Shown in pieces: positions 10,429 to 20,836 of a DNA stretch of 64,000 bases. The first letter of the stretch is position 1; each line of letters opens with the position of its first letter. Below the pieces are notes generated by a model that saw only the letters and a list, made by a program, of their open reading frames with translations, was not told the origin of the DNA and did no database searches. This DNA is from Ignavibacteria bacterium (GTDB lineage: Bacteria > Bacteroidota > Ignavibacteria > SZUA-365). The stretch lies in contig JADKJW010000001.1 of assembly GCA_016720835.1 (NCBI GenBank), positions 616,230-680,229 on the forward strand, given 5' to 3'. A program made the position numbers and the translations under genes.

Positions 10429-11295
10429 TCAATAGAACTTGTGGAAATGACTGAAAAACGCGTTCACAACGGTCAGGGAAAAGATCGCCAGCACGAATCC
10501 GCCGATGGACAGGCGGATGACGCGGCGGCCGTCGAGTTTCAGCACGTACTTCGCGAACAGGACGGCCGCATAGACGCACCAGACCAGCGCGGTGGCGAGC
10601 AGCTTCGGATCGAGATAGGAAAAATTCGCGAAGGTCCGCGGCAACCAGAATACGCCGATCCCTATCGCGACGGTCAGAAAGGCGAATCCGATGATGCTGG
10701 CCGCCGTGTTCAAACGCTCGAGGGACTCGAGACTCGGCAGATGCTTGAAGAATTTCCCGAAATCGCTCCGTTTCAATTCGCCGAACAGGAGAAGGTACAG
10801 GAGACCGTACACGGCGGAGATCGCGATGCCGCCGAATCCGAAGATTGCCGCCGTCACATGAAGACCGATGCCCAGGTTCGACAGCACGGGATTCATCTCG
10901 CCGCCTGTCGTCACTTTCAGCATCACCGAGGAGACCAGCTCGAAGGCCCCCGCAAGCGTGACGAGAAAGAAGCCGGTGCCCTTCACAGAGGTTTTGAACT
11001 CAATAACCGTGTAGGTGGCGATCAGCGTGAACGCCACGAGCGACATCATCTCGAAGGGCGTCGTCACCATGCAGTGCCCTTCGCTCGCCGTATGCAGGCC
11101 GATGTAGGCGAAATGCGTCGCCGTGGTCGCCAGCAGCAGGCGCGATTTCCACTGCCGGGCCATCGCATCGTCGCGGAAAAATGCCATGCCGTACCCGATG
11201 GCGGTCACGACATAGAGGATCGGCAGAAACACTTCCGCGATGCTTTTCGCCAATTGTAGCAGGTTTGCGTCCATTCGGTGCGTTGTGTCAATCAA
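10429..11295 (-). CDS. CcsA-family cytochrome c assembly-like membrane protein (HemX-like, as in hemAXCDBL-type operons)
   Basis: 288-aa polytopic membrane protein immediately upstream of hemA. Trp/aromatic-rich helices typical of the CcsA/ResC/HemX family. Confidence 0.55.
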   Translation of the reverse strand: MIDTTHRMDANLLQLAKSIAEVFLPILYVVTAIGYGMAFFRDDAMARQWKSRLLLATTATHFAYIGLHTASEGHCMVTTPFEMMSLVAFTLIATYTVIEFKTSVKGTGFFLVTLAGAFELVSSVMLKVTTGGEMNPVLSNLGIGLHVTAAIFGFGGIAISAVYGLLYLLLFGELKRSDFGKFFKHLPSLESLERLNTAASIIGFAFLTVAIGIGVFWLPRTFANFSYLDPKLLATALVWCVYAAVLFAKYVLKLDGRRVIRLSIGGFVLAIFSLTVVNAFFSHFHKFY

Positions 11296-11440
11296 CGATC
11301 TGTGTAGTCCCGAATATCGGAATTTTCCCGCAGACTAAACAGTCACCCGATTCCCCCTGTCCCCCATTTCCCCTTTTCCCTCATCCTTCGATTCGCTATT
11401 TTTGCGGATCGGGATTTCGTCAAATTCACCGGAGAACATC

Positions 11441-11704
11441 ATGACAGAAGAGAAGACGCTGGATACACAGATCGAAGAAGTCATCAACAGCGAGATCCGG
11501 CCGTACATCGAGATGGACGGCGGGAAGATCCGTTTCGTGGAAATGAAGGACGGCATCGTGTACGTGGAACTGTCCGGCGCCTGCGGGAGTTGCCCGTCGT
11601 CCACCATGACGCTGAAGGGCGGCGTGGAGCGCATCCTGAAACGCCGTTTCGAAGGCATCGAAAGCGTGGAAATGGCTGGTCTGAACGCGGTTTCCCCGCG
11701 CTGA
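11441..11704 (+). CDS. NifU-like (Nfu) Fe-S cluster scaffold domain protein
   Basis: CxxC motif GACGSCPSS in a roughly 87-aa Nfu-type domain. Confidence 0.7.
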   Translation: MTEEKTLDTQIEEVINSEIRPYIEMDGGKIRFVEMKDGIVYVELSGACGSCPSSTMTLKGGVERILKRRFEGIESVEMAGLNAVSPR

Positions 11705-11765
11705 AGCCGCGCGTCAAAGCGATTCCGGGACCCGGCGCGTCCGGGTCTCGTTGCATGAGAACCAT

Positions 11766-12335
11766 ATGAAGACACTCCGCATCCTCGTCCTGGTCGCGGC
11801 CGTCTCCGCCTGCGCCGTCGCGCAGCACGCCCCTCCGCATGCCCTGTCGTTCGGCGTGCGGCCGGCGGACTTCGACGACGCGCAGGAGCCGGTGAACCGG
11901 CCGGCGAAACTCCTTGAGGATCTCGACGTGCAGTATCCGGACAGTGCGATCCGAAAACACCTCGAGGGCGTCTCCATCGTCGCGGCGTCGATCGATGAAC
12001 ACGGCGTCGTGATCTACGGCGAGATCCGGAAAAGCAGCGGCTGGCCCGCGCTCGACAGCGCCGCGCTCCGGGCCGTCGCAGGCGGAAATTTCAAGCCCGC
12101 CCTGCGCAAGGATCTCCCGGTGCGCTCCAAACTGACCATCCCCGTGGAATTCCGTCTGGCCGCCGGTGCCGTCGGCTGGGAAACGGAAAAGTCCGCGGAG
12201 GAACTGCGCGACGACGTGGACGCGCTCGAGAAGCACAAGGCCGTCCTCGAACGCGAGCGGAAAAAGAACGAGGACGAACTGCAACGGCTCCGCGCGATAC
12301 GCGACGGAACGGAAACAAAGAAAAAAGGATCGTAA
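11766..12335 (+). CDS. TonB C-terminal domain protein
   Basis: Signal/anchor N-terminus plus a TonB-C-like region (YPxxAxxxxxEGxVxV-type) and a charged C-terminal tail. Confidence 0.55.
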   Translation: MKTLRILVLVAAVSACAVAQHAPPHALSFGVRPADFDDAQEPVNRPAKLLEDLDVQYPDSAIRKHLEGVSIVAASIDEHGVVIYGEIRKSSGWPALDSAALRAVAGGNFKPALRKDLPVRSKLTIPVEFRLAAGAVGWETEKSAEELRDDVDALEKHKAVLERERKKNEDELQRLRAIRDGTETKKKGS

Positions 12336-12433
12336 TCTCTTCCTGAAGGTCCGCCCGTGCGCTGCGAAGGGTTCCCCGTATGACGGAGAACCCTTCGCGG
12401 TTTTCGGATCGGTCTGCCCCGGCGGGGCGCGGG

Positions 12434-13390
12434 TCAATTGATGCGCAGGAGCCTCGCGGAGGTTGCGGCGCCACCGAGCAGGCGGAGGAGATACTGTCCA
12501 CGCGCGAGTCCCGCGGTGGGAATGCGCACGGTCTGCGCGCCGGGCGACAGCACGGCGCTGCTCCACACGACGCGGCCGAGCATGTCGCTGAGCTGCAGTG
12601 AGGCGCGCGCGTCATGCGCCGCGTCGATGCTGGCGGCCAATGCGTCCGTCGCGGATGCGGGGTTCGGAAACACGTCCAGAATGCGCGGCGAAACGGCGGT
12701 GACGGGAGGCGTATCGCCGATGCCGACGGTGATGATGTGGAACCAGTCGAAGGTGGCCGGGATGCGGTGCTTGGTCGCCAGCGTGCCGTCGCCGTTCGCG
12801 GCCTGCAGCCCGACCTTGCCGACTTCGGCGGGAAAGCCGGTGATGCGCGTGGAGGCGATGGTCGTCCAGGTGATCCCGTCGGTGCTGTAGGATCCTTCGT
12901 AGAGCGTCCCGGTTTTCGCAAGACGGAGATAGATCGGATTGGCCCGGATACCGTCAAGGAACTGGAAGTCGGCGAGAGCGTTGAGTTCCCATTCGAGCCA
13001 CACGCCGTTGACGGCAAACGAGTCCTGCACCCACAGGCCGCGTGAGACGCGGACGTAGTTGTCGTCGTCGACCCAGTACATCAGTCCCGCGTTATGGAAC
13101 GCCGAGTCGGGCAGGAAGTCGAGTTTCGTTTCCATGCGGAAGCCCGGCGGCGAGGGCTGCAGGAGCATGTTCCTGACGTTGTTGAACGTCGGACCATTGA
13201 GCGCGCCGGGCTGCGTCGTGATCTGGTACTCCGCGCCCGTGAAACGCCAGTGCGCCCGGTCTTCGCGCGTGAGCGTCCAGCCGGGTTGCATCACCAGGCT
13301 GTTGAACTCGTCGTCGAAGCCCTGCGCCAGCGACGCGGCGAACGGGAGCAGGAACAGGATGACTGCGGTGAGGAATCGTGGTCGGTTCAT
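12434..13390 (-). CDS. secreted ConA-like lectin/glucanase-fold protein with T9SS C-terminal sorting domain
   Basis: Signal peptide from MNRPRFLTAVILFLL. C-terminal Por_Secre_tail-like end (…GQYLLRLL…RIN). The leader ORF extension upstream is unlikely to be coding. Confidence 0.55.
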   Translation of the reverse strand: MNRPRFLTAVILFLLPFAASLAQGFDDEFNSLVMQPGWTLTREDRAHWRFTGAEYQITTQPGALNGPTFNNVRNMLLQPSPPGFRMETKLDFLPDSAFHNAGLMYWVDDDNYVRVSRGLWVQDSFAVNGVWLEWELNALADFQFLDGIRANPIYLRLAKTGTLYEGSYSTDGITWTTIASTRITGFPAEVGKVGLQAANGDGTLATKHRIPATFDWFHIITVGIGDTPPVTAVSPRILDVFPNPASATDALAASIDAAHDARASLQLSDMLGRVVWSSAVLSPGAQTVRIPTAGLARGQYLLRLLGGAATSARLLRIN

Positions 13391-13666
13391 GGGTTCTGCC
13401 TTATCATGATGGCGTGTGTCGGGCGATGCGATGCGAGATGGAAGATGTCGATGCGCGATACGAGATGCGAGATGGAAGATGCGAGGGTTCTGCGTGCCGG
13501 ATGTCTGGATGCGACTGTGAAATGGATGCTTCGAAGCTATTTGATTTTTCGTCATCGATCAAGACATGAACCAGCCCACGGCACCTGCCGCGCGGTGAGG
13601 ACGGCGAAATTCCAGGTCGCGTCGTTTCATATTGATATTGCCGCGCGATTGCGGCAAATTCAGTGA

Positions 13667-15757
13667 ATGCGATTCACGCGCCTTCACCCTTCATCGATGA
13701 ATCATATGACGGATACCATACAGCGACGCCTGCGCGGCATTCCTGCGCGGCTGGCGGCAGTGATGTGCGCGGCGCTGCTGCTCGCGCCGCTGACGCGGAC
13801 ATCGGGCCAGGGCCTCAGTGTACGCATGTCGGAAGCGAATTTCAGCGGGCTGCCGCGCGTCACGCTCAAACTGTGCACGCAGGCGGGAGGATCGCTGATG
13901 CGCGGGCTGGACTCGAGCAACTTCCGCCTGTTCGAGAACGGCATTCCGCGCCCGCTCACCGTGCGCTGCCCCGATCCGCTCGGCGTCAATTCCGTCATGC
14001 TCGTGCTCGACAACAGCGGCTCGATGCTGCCGGTCATGCCGAAGCTCATCGAGGCCGCGAGCCTGCTGGTCGATAGTCTCGGCGCGACCGACGAGTGCGC
14101 GATCGTGTCCTTCGGCAACCAGGTGGTGCTGCGGCAGGACTTCACGACCGACAAGGCGCTGCTCAAGACCACGCTCGCCGGCCTGCTGGCGAACGGCGGC
14201 ACGAGGCTCTTCGACGCGGCGCTCGAGGGCGTGCAGCGGCTCGCCGGGCAGACCGGCAACCGGTCGGCGGTGATCATCACGGACGGCGAGGACAACCTGA
14301 GCACGAGCAGCGACGACGACGTCATCGCCGCGGCGCGGAACGCGAACGCGAAACTGTACACCATCGCCTTCAACATCAGCGACGCGAACCAGAACATCAT
14401 GCGGCGCATGGCGACGTCGACGGGCGGGTCGTTCTTCATCGTGGTGCGGCCGAGCGAGCTGAACGCCGTGTACCGCCAGATCGCGGCGGAAATCACCGAG
14501 AAGTGCTGTCTCGCCGAGTACCTCTCCGACCGCTGCGACGACTCGGTGCGCACGCTGCTGGTGACGGCGCGGGCCTTCGGCGACAGCGCGACGGACGTAC
14601 AAACCTTCGCGACACCCTCACGTCCGACCACCGCGCGCCTCGTCGTCAACGCGCCCGCGACATTGAAACCCTTCGAAAGCGGCATGGCGGCCGTGGACCT
14701 CGATCCCGCGCCCTCGCAGGCCCTCGAACTGACCCTCTCCTTCACGCTGGTCTACGACGACAACCTCGTGGAAGTCATTCCGCGCCTCCCCCTCACGCTC
14801 GGCACCGTCGCGCAGAACCAGGTGGTGGACATGACGAAGATCGGCCCCGGACGGCTGCGCCTGACCTTCGCGCGCATCAAGCCGGCGCTGGCCGTCACGC
14901 GCCTCGTGGCGTTTCCCGTGCAGGGCCTGCTCTCGGACAGCAGCCGGAAGGTGGAGATGTCGATCGCGGATATCGCGCTCGAGGGCTGTCCGATGGCCAT
15001 CACGGCCGTGCCCGACACGATAGAGCTGTGCCAGTGCGAACGGCCGCTTGCGGCGCTGCTCGACTCGCTTTCCATCTTCGCGGTGGGCGACGTGGTCGCC
15101 ATCCCGGTCCGCATTGCAGGCGGACTCGATCCGGCGGTGCGTCTGATCGCGGAGATCGATCTCCGCATTCCTCCGTCGCTCGACGTCCTCGGCGTGGACG
15201 AGGGAACTCTCCTCCCCGCTTCGGCCTTCCGCTGGAGGCGCATCGCGCCCGACATGCTGCGCATCGACATGCCCGAACCCGCCTTCCCTCTCGCCGCCGG
15301 CGGACTGCTCGCGACGGTGCGGCTCGGCACCGGCGACCGGAGAGAAACGGACCGCCTGCAGATCTCATTCATGCGCGCGGCGATGTGGCAGCGCTGCTGT
15401 CCGGACGACACGTCGCGGCCGGAATCCATCGTCATGATCGACGGGTACTGCGAGAAGTTGCTGCAACGGCGCGCGGACACTCCCACGCTCTCCGCCGCGC
15501 CGAATCCCGTCTCGCCCGGACGGACGCAGCGTGTTCCGCTGCGCGTTTCCGTGCCGGTCGGTCTCGCGAGCGCCCCCGCAACCATCGACCTCGTCTCACC
15601 CGGCGGCATGGCCGTCCGACGTCTCTTCGACGGGCCTCTCCCGTCCGGCGCCTTCACCGTGTTCTGCGATATCGCCGGCCTGCCCTCCGGGGCGTATCTC
15701 GTCTCGCTGCACGCTCCCGGAGCGGAGGCGGTGTTCCGGTTGATGGTGGTGGAATAG
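13667..15757 (+). CDS. von Willebrand factor A domain protein with T9SS C-terminal sorting domain
   Basis: VWA MIDAS pattern (VLDNSGSM … TRLFDA … IITDGEDN). C-terminal T9SS tail (…GAYLVSLHAPG…FRLMVVE). Start may be at 13706. Confidence 0.7.
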   Translation: MRFTRLHPSSMNHMTDTIQRRLRGIPARLAAVMCAALLLAPLTRTSGQGLSVRMSEANFSGLPRVTLKLCTQAGGSLMRGLDSSNFRLFENGIPRPLTVRCPDPLGVNSVMLVLDNSGSMLPVMPKLIEAASLLVDSLGATDECAIVSFGNQVVLRQDFTTDKALLKTTLAGLLANGGTRLFDAALEGVQRLAGQTGNRSAVIITDGEDNLSTSSDDDVIAAARNANAKLYTIAFNISDANQNIMRRMATSTGGSFFIVVRPSELNAVYRQIAAEITEKCCLAEYLSDRCDDSVRTLLVTARAFGDSATDVQTFATPSRPTTARLVVNAPATLKPFESGMAAVDLDPAPSQALELTLSFTLVYDDNLVEVIPRLPLTLGTVAQNQVVDMTKIGPGRLRLTFARIKPALAVTRLVAFPVQGLLSDSSRKVEMSIADIALEGCPMAITAVPDTIELCQCERPLAALLDSLSIFAVGDVVAIPVRIAGGLDPAVRLIAEIDLRIPPSLDVLGVDEGTLLPASAFRWRRIAPDMLRIDMPEPAFPLAAGGLLATVRLGTGDRRETDRLQISFMRAAMWQRCCPDDTSRPESIVMIDGYCEKLLQRRADTPTLSAAPNPVSPGRTQRVPLRVSVPVGLASAPATIDLVSPGGMAVRRLFDGPLPSGAFTVFCDIAGLPSGAYLVSLHAPGAEAVFRLMVVE

Positions 15758-15814
15758 CGGGGAAAGGGGAAGGGTGCAGGGGGAAGGGTGCAGGGTCGGG
15801 ACGATTGGTGCTGT

Positions 15815-16030
15815 CCCGGAATCGACCGGCGGGGACGCCGGTTTCTGAGTAGGGAGTGGGGAGTAGGGAGTAGGGAGAAAGAAACCTGTTGAGTGCAGTT
15901 CCTCGTTGTATTTTCCCCACTCACTCCTGCCTGTTTTCCGAAATCGACCGGCGGGACGCCGGTCCCACCCCGACATGAGAATTCACAGTACTCCCCACTC
16001 ATTACTCCCTACTCCCCACTCACTCCTTCC
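15815..16030. repeat. complex intergenic repeat region (gggagtagggag family, direct and inverted copies)
   Basis: tagggagtggggagtagggagtagggag at about 15849-15880, with an inverted copy at about 15990-16030. There is also a direct duplication of …cgaaatcgaccggcgggacgccggt…. Confidence 0.7.
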
Positions 16031-17697
16031 TACGCCGGTCGCCGCGAGCCCGCGATGAAGAAGCGCCGCACGATGAAGGCCGGATCGACGAGGCTGGCGT
16101 TGCCCGCGGGATTGCCGCCGGTGACGTGGAAATCGCTGAACGTGGCGGCCTGATTCACCCAGATCGGTCCGGTGAGATTGAAGGAGACCGGAGCGCCGAC
16201 GGGGAGCAGCGCGTCCTCGATGTCATCCATCATCGCGCTGTCCGTCGTGTACGCAGCGAAGGTGATCGCACCGACGGTGGCAGCGGATCGCGCGGCGAGG
16301 CGGATGCTCTCGGCGCTGTCCGCGGTGCGTATCAGAAACACGATCGGACCGAACATCTCCTTCAGATACGTGTCGGGCCTGTCCGCGGGCACTTCGATGA
16401 GCGCCGGCGCGTGGCTGCGCGCCCCGGCGAAGCCCGCCTGCGCCACGGGGATCGATGCGAGCGCGACGGGGAAGCCGAGCCGCTGCGCCGCGTCGAGCCG
16501 CTCGAGGGTGGCCGGATTCTGCAGGGCGCCGAGCGTCCCCGGACCGGCCTTCTCGTTCGACACCAGCGCGGACACCTTTTCGCCGAAGCGCCGCACGACG
16601 TCCGCATATGGGACGAGCGCATCCTTTTCTCTGACACCTGCCGCGGGAATGTAGAAGTTCTGCGGGGTGGTGCACATCTGTCCGCTGTAGAGGCAGACGC
16701 TGAAGGCGAGGTTTTCGAGCACCGGGTCCAGCTCGTCCACGCTGTCGAGCAGCACGGAGTTGACGCCCGCCTTTTCCGTGAACACGATCTTGCCGGGAAG
16801 GCGCTCGAGTTCTTCGCCGAAGGCGGATCCGCCGGTGTAGTCGACGAGCCGCACGCCGGGATGGGCGGCGAGCGTCAACGCGAGCGGCGCCTCGCCGTCG
16901 ACGGCGAGCTGGACGACGTCGGGATCCGCGCCGCAGTCCGCCAGCGCGGCGCGCAGGTCCGCCACGACGATGGCGACGGGCAGCACGGACTTCGGGTGCG
17001 GTTTGACGATGACCGTATTGCCGGTGACGAGGTTCGCGAAGATGGCGGGAACGCTGTTCCAGACAGGGAAGGTGGAGCAGCCGACGACGACTCCCGTGCC
17101 GCGACCGCACGCGCGAAAGTTCTTGCGCAGTTTCACGGACACGCGTCCCATCGGTTTCTCCCAGTCGGCGGATTCCGGGAAGCGCGTCTGCTCCTGCAGT
17201 CCGAGGGCCACCGCCTCGAGCGCGCGATCGTACGCATGCGGGCCCGAGGCCTGGAAGGACATGATGAAGCCCTGGCCCGTCGTGTGCATCGTCGCGAATG
17301 CGATCGCGAAGAAGTTTTTCGCGGAGCGTTCGAGCGCCTCGACCAGCAGGCCCGCGCGCTCGCGGGGATGCAGGTTCCGCCAGGGCGGGAAGGCGGCGTT
17401 CGCGCGCGCGACAAGCGTGTCCGCATCGAACAGCGGATACGTGACGTTCAACGGAAACCCGTACGGCGATTCCTCCGCGCCTCCCCATCGGGCCGCGCCC
17501 TCCTGCTTCAACGCATCGAAGCGCGCGCCGAGGAGCGCCTTGAACGCGGCCTCGCCGTCGGCCTGCGCCGTCTCGCCGTAGATTTTGCCGCTGGGCGGCT
17601 CGGGCCAGTGGGCGAGGAATGCGCGGCTCTGGATGGCATCGAGGGCGGCGTCCAGCGTCGCGCGATGACGGTCATGCAATTCGTGGAAAGGGGACAT
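16030..17697 (-). CDS. aldehyde dehydrogenase superfamily protein (PaaN-like long ALDH)
   Basis: About 555 aa with an ALDH-like architecture (glycine-rich NAD-binding region, catalytic-Cys context …SGQMCT…). Start taken at MSPFHELHDRH (cat at 17695-17697). Confidence 0.55.
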   Translation of the reverse strand: MSPFHELHDRHRATLDAALDAIQSRAFLAHWPEPPSGKIYGETAQADGEAAFKALLGARFDALKQEGAARWGGAEESPYGFPLNVTYPLFDADTLVARANAAFPPWRNLHPRERAGLLVEALERSAKNFFAIAFATMHTTGQGFIMSFQASGPHAYDRALEAVALGLQEQTRFPESADWEKPMGRVSVKLRKNFRACGRGTGVVVGCSTFPVWNSVPAIFANLVTGNTVIVKPHPKSVLPVAIVVADLRAALADCGADPDVVQLAVDGEAPLALTLAAHPGVRLVDYTGGSAFGEELERLPGKIVFTEKAGVNSVLLDSVDELDPVLENLAFSVCLYSGQMCTTPQNFYIPAAGVREKDALVPYADVVRRFGEKVSALVSNEKAGPGTLGALQNPATLERLDAAQRLGFPVALASIPVAQAGFAGARSHAPALIEVPADRPDTYLKEMFGPIVFLIRTADSAESIRLAARSAATVGAITFAAYTTDSAMMDDIEDALLPVGAPVSFNLTGPIWVNQAATFSDFHVTGGNPAGNASLVDPAFIVRRFFIAGSRRPA

Positions 17698-17845
17698 CGG
17701 GTTTCCTGGTGAGGCGGCGCCGCGACGCGGGGCGGTGGATGGAAGAATCACTCCTGTCAAGAATACGGAAAACATCGGAAGCATGCCGGAGGTTCCGGTC
17801 TGGGATTTGGAAGCGAAAGCTCTATATTTCCCGTTCTGTTTTCCA

Positions 17846-19243
17846 ATGGAGCCCCCCATGCCCGCCACGCCGACGCCCTCCTCGAAAGAAACGTTTCCCT
17901 CCACGTTCTGGACCGCGAACGTCACCGAGCTGTTCGAGCGCGGCGCATACTATGCCATGGCGAGCTTCGTCGTGCTGTACCTCGGCCAGCTCGGGCTCGG
18001 GAAGTACTGGCCCAGCAACCTCAACGGCATCCTCTGGACGCTCGTCTATTTCCTGCCGATCCTGAGCGGGACGATCGCGGACCTCGTCGGCTTCAAACGT
18101 TCCCTGCTCGTGGCATTCGTGCTTCTGGCTGTCGGATATTTCCTGATGGGATATCCGGTCTGGTTCGGCGGACAGATCCTGAGCGAAACGGTGGGCGAGG
18201 ACGTCACGGCGGGCACGGCGGTGGTGCTGCCGGTGATGCTCGCGATCATCCTGATCGGCATGGGCGGATCGGTGATCAAACCGTGCATTTCCGGCACCGT
18301 GCAGAAAACCGCGGGCACGCGCGCCACGCTCGCCTTCGCCATTTTCTACATGGTCATCAACGTGGGATCGCTGTTCGGGCGCGGGGTGAGCTACTACGTC
18401 CGCACGCACTGGGACCTGAGCTACATCTTCGCGGTCTCCATGGGCTGCGCCGTCGTGGCGTTCTTCTCCGTGCTCTTCCTGTACCGCGACCCCGACACGC
18501 TGCCGGGCGTCGCGCCGTCCACGAAACCGCGGAGAAGCATCGGCCGCATCCTGCTCGACATGGTGCTCGTGATGAAGAACGTGCGCTTCGCGCTGTTCCT
18601 GATCGTGTCGAGCGGCTTCTTCTTCATCTACTCGCAGGTGTACAACGTGCTGCCGCTGTACCTGAAAAAGGTGGTCGAGACGAATCCCGCGGTGGACATC
18701 TACACCATGGCGAATCCGTTCGTGATTGTGTTCTTCCAGCTCCTCGTCACGAAGCTGTTCGGCAAGATGAAGCCGATACGCTCCATCATCGTCGGCATCG
18801 TGATCATCGGCATCTCCATGCTGATCAATCTGTATCCGATCTTCAGCTCGGGCGGCGTGCGCCTGACCATGTTCGATCTCCTGCCGCTCGGCTCGCTGTT
18901 CATCGTGCTGACCGTGGCGCTCATCGCCTTCGGCGAACTGTTCACGTCCGCCCGCACCTACGAGTACATCGGCGCCCTCGCCCCGAAGGGCCAGGAAGGC
19001 CTGTTCCTCGGCTACGCGAACCTGCCGATGGCCATCGGCTCGCTCATCGGCGGACCCGCGGGCGCCTTCATCTTCAACGAGATCATGTGCCACAACGCGG
19101 TGAAGCTCGAAAGCGGCCTGCTGGATCTCGATCCGACGTGGAACGCCGCCGGCTGGCTGATTCTCATGGCCATCGGACTGATTTCGGCGCTCAGCATGTG
19201 GTTGTACAATCGCTGGCTGCGCTCGCTCGACGCGAAGGTGTAG
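17846..19243 (+). CDS. POT/PTR2 family proton-dependent oligopeptide transporter
   Basis: 12-14 TM MFS protein. PTR2 signature-like ERGAYYAMASFVVLYL and FYMVINVGSL. Start uncertain (17735, 17846 or 17858). Confidence 0.75.
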   Translation: MEPPMPATPTPSSKETFPSTFWTANVTELFERGAYYAMASFVVLYLGQLGLGKYWPSNLNGILWTLVYFLPILSGTIADLVGFKRSLLVAFVLLAVGYFLMGYPVWFGGQILSETVGEDVTAGTAVVLPVMLAIILIGMGGSVIKPCISGTVQKTAGTRATLAFAIFYMVINVGSLFGRGVSYYVRTHWDLSYIFAVSMGCAVVAFFSVLFLYRDPDTLPGVAPSTKPRRSIGRILLDMVLVMKNVRFALFLIVSSGFFFIYSQVYNVLPLYLKKVVETNPAVDIYTMANPFVIVFFQLLVTKLFGKMKPIRSIIVGIVIIGISMLINLYPIFSSGGVRLTMFDLLPLGSLFIVLTVALIAFGELFTSARTYEYIGALAPKGQEGLFLGYANLPMAIGSLIGGPAGAFIFNEIMCHNAVKLESGLLDLDPTWNAAGWLILMAIGLISALSMWLYNRWLRSLDAKV

Positions 19244-19335
19244 ACGCGATTCGACGGATTCGAGCACCCGCTCCGGCGATACAGGGCGGGTGCTCCCGTT
19301 TCACGCGGGTGTGAGCGGCACGCGGAGCACGCCGG

Positions 19336-20814
19336 TCAGGCGTCCGCGCCGAGCGCTTTGAACAGGGCGACCGCCCGTTCCTTCTGCGCCGCATGCACGA
19401 CGACCGGGTGCGGGTAGTCCTCGCCGATCCGGCATCCCGCCGCGGCCTGCTCGGACGGGGAGGCCTCGTGCGGCCAGTGGATGCGGGCGTCGGAAAAACC
19501 GCGCAGTTCCGGACAGTGCGTCCGGATGGTCGCGCCGAGGGGATCGAATTTGCGCGACTGAAGAATCGGATTGAACACTCTGAAATATGGCTGCGCATCG
19601 CAGCCGGTGGAGGCGCACCACTGCCAGCCGCCGTTGTTCGCGGCGAGATCGAAGTCGAGCAGCCCCCGCGCGAAGTGCGCCTCGCCGAGGCGCCAGTCGA
19701 GCAGCAGGTCCTTCACGAGAAACATCGCCGCGACCATGCGCAGCCGGTTGTGCATCCATCCCGTGGCGGCGAAGTGCCGCATCGCCGCGTCGACGAGCGG
19801 GTAACCCGTCCGGCCTTCGCGCCAGGCGTCGAAGTGACGGAGGTCGCCCGGCCACACGATGCGGTCGCATGCGGGCTTGAACGCGCCCGTGGCAACATGC
19901 GGGAATTGATCGAGGATCATCTGGTAGAACTCGCGCCAGATCAGCTCCGACATCCAGACGGTCGCTCCGGCGCTTGCCTTCCCTTCGGAAGCCATGTCCG
20001 CGTGACGTTTCGCCGCTTCCCGCACGAGCGCGCGTATCGAGATCGTCCCGAAGCGCAGGTGGGCCGACAGGCCGGACGTGCCCTCGACGGAAGGCGTATC
20101 GCGGTCCTCGTCGTACAGGTCCACGCGTTTCAGGAATTCCTTCAGGCGATACGTCGCTGCCGCCTCGCCGGGATGAAGCCAGAGCGGCGATGCGCGGAAG
20201 CCGATGGCGTCCAGCGTCCACGGCGTCGCGAACCGCCGACTGACGGAGGCGGGGGCAAGCGCGCGGAGATCGGGCGTGCGCGCGGCGGCAGGATCGTTCG
20301 CGGTGAGACGCTCCTGCATGAACCGCGCGAGCCATGCGCGCTTGTAGGGGGTGAACACCCGGTACGGCGTCTCCGCCGCGGTGAGGATATCCCGCCCTTC
20401 AAAGATCACCTGATCCTTGTCGAAGAACGCGCGGATGCCCGTCGCCTCGAGACTGCGCCGCACCGCGTCGTCGCGGCGTTTTGCGGCGGGCTCGTAGTCG
20501 CGATTCGCGAACACCGCCTCCGCGCCGACGTCCCGCGCGAAACGCGGAATCTCGACCGCCGGATCGCCGTGCAGGACCACGAGCTGCGATCCGCGCGCGC
20601 GGCACGCGTCGTCAAGCTCCGCGAGCGAGCGTGCGATGAACGTGACGCGGCGGTCGTCGCGATCCTCCAGCGCGTCGAGGATGGTCCGGTCGAACACAAA
20701 CACGGGGACGACCTGCGAGGATGACGCGCAGGCGCGCGCAAGCGCGGCATGGTCGGACAGGCGCAGGTCGCGGCGGAACCAGGCGATGGAGCGCCCGAAC
20801 AGCGCGGGCGTCAT
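19336..20814 (-). CDS. phr: deoxyribodipyrimidine photolyase / cryptochrome family
   Basis: N-terminal photolyase alpha/beta domain. C-terminal FAD-binding motifs (TGxPxVDAxMRxLxxTGWMHNRxRM…WxxxGxxxF…). Start at MTPALFGR (cat at 20812-20814). Confidence 0.85.
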   Translation of the reverse strand: MTPALFGRSIAWFRRDLRLSDHAALARACASSSQVVPVFVFDRTILDALEDRDDRRVTFIARSLAELDDACRARGSQLVVLHGDPAVEIPRFARDVGAEAVFANRDYEPAAKRRDDAVRRSLEATGIRAFFDKDQVIFEGRDILTAAETPYRVFTPYKRAWLARFMQERLTANDPAAARTPDLRALAPASVSRRFATPWTLDAIGFRASPLWLHPGEAAATYRLKEFLKRVDLYDEDRDTPSVEGTSGLSAHLRFGTISIRALVREAAKRHADMASEGKASAGATVWMSELIWREFYQMILDQFPHVATGAFKPACDRIVWPGDLRHFDAWREGRTGYPLVDAAMRHFAATGWMHNRLRMVAAMFLVKDLLLDWRLGEAHFARGLLDFDLAANNGGWQWCASTGCDAQPYFRVFNPILQSRKFDPLGATIRTHCPELRGFSDARIHWPHEASPSEQAAAGCRIGEDYPHPVVVHAAQKERAVALFKALGADA

Positions 20815-20836
20815 ACGGCTCCCGCGGCGCTTCCTG

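Noticed and set aside
16126-19267. Several 400-530-aa ORFs antisense to the ALDH and POT transporter genes
   Set aside because: Compositionally biased and motif-free, while the sense-strand products have clear family signatures.
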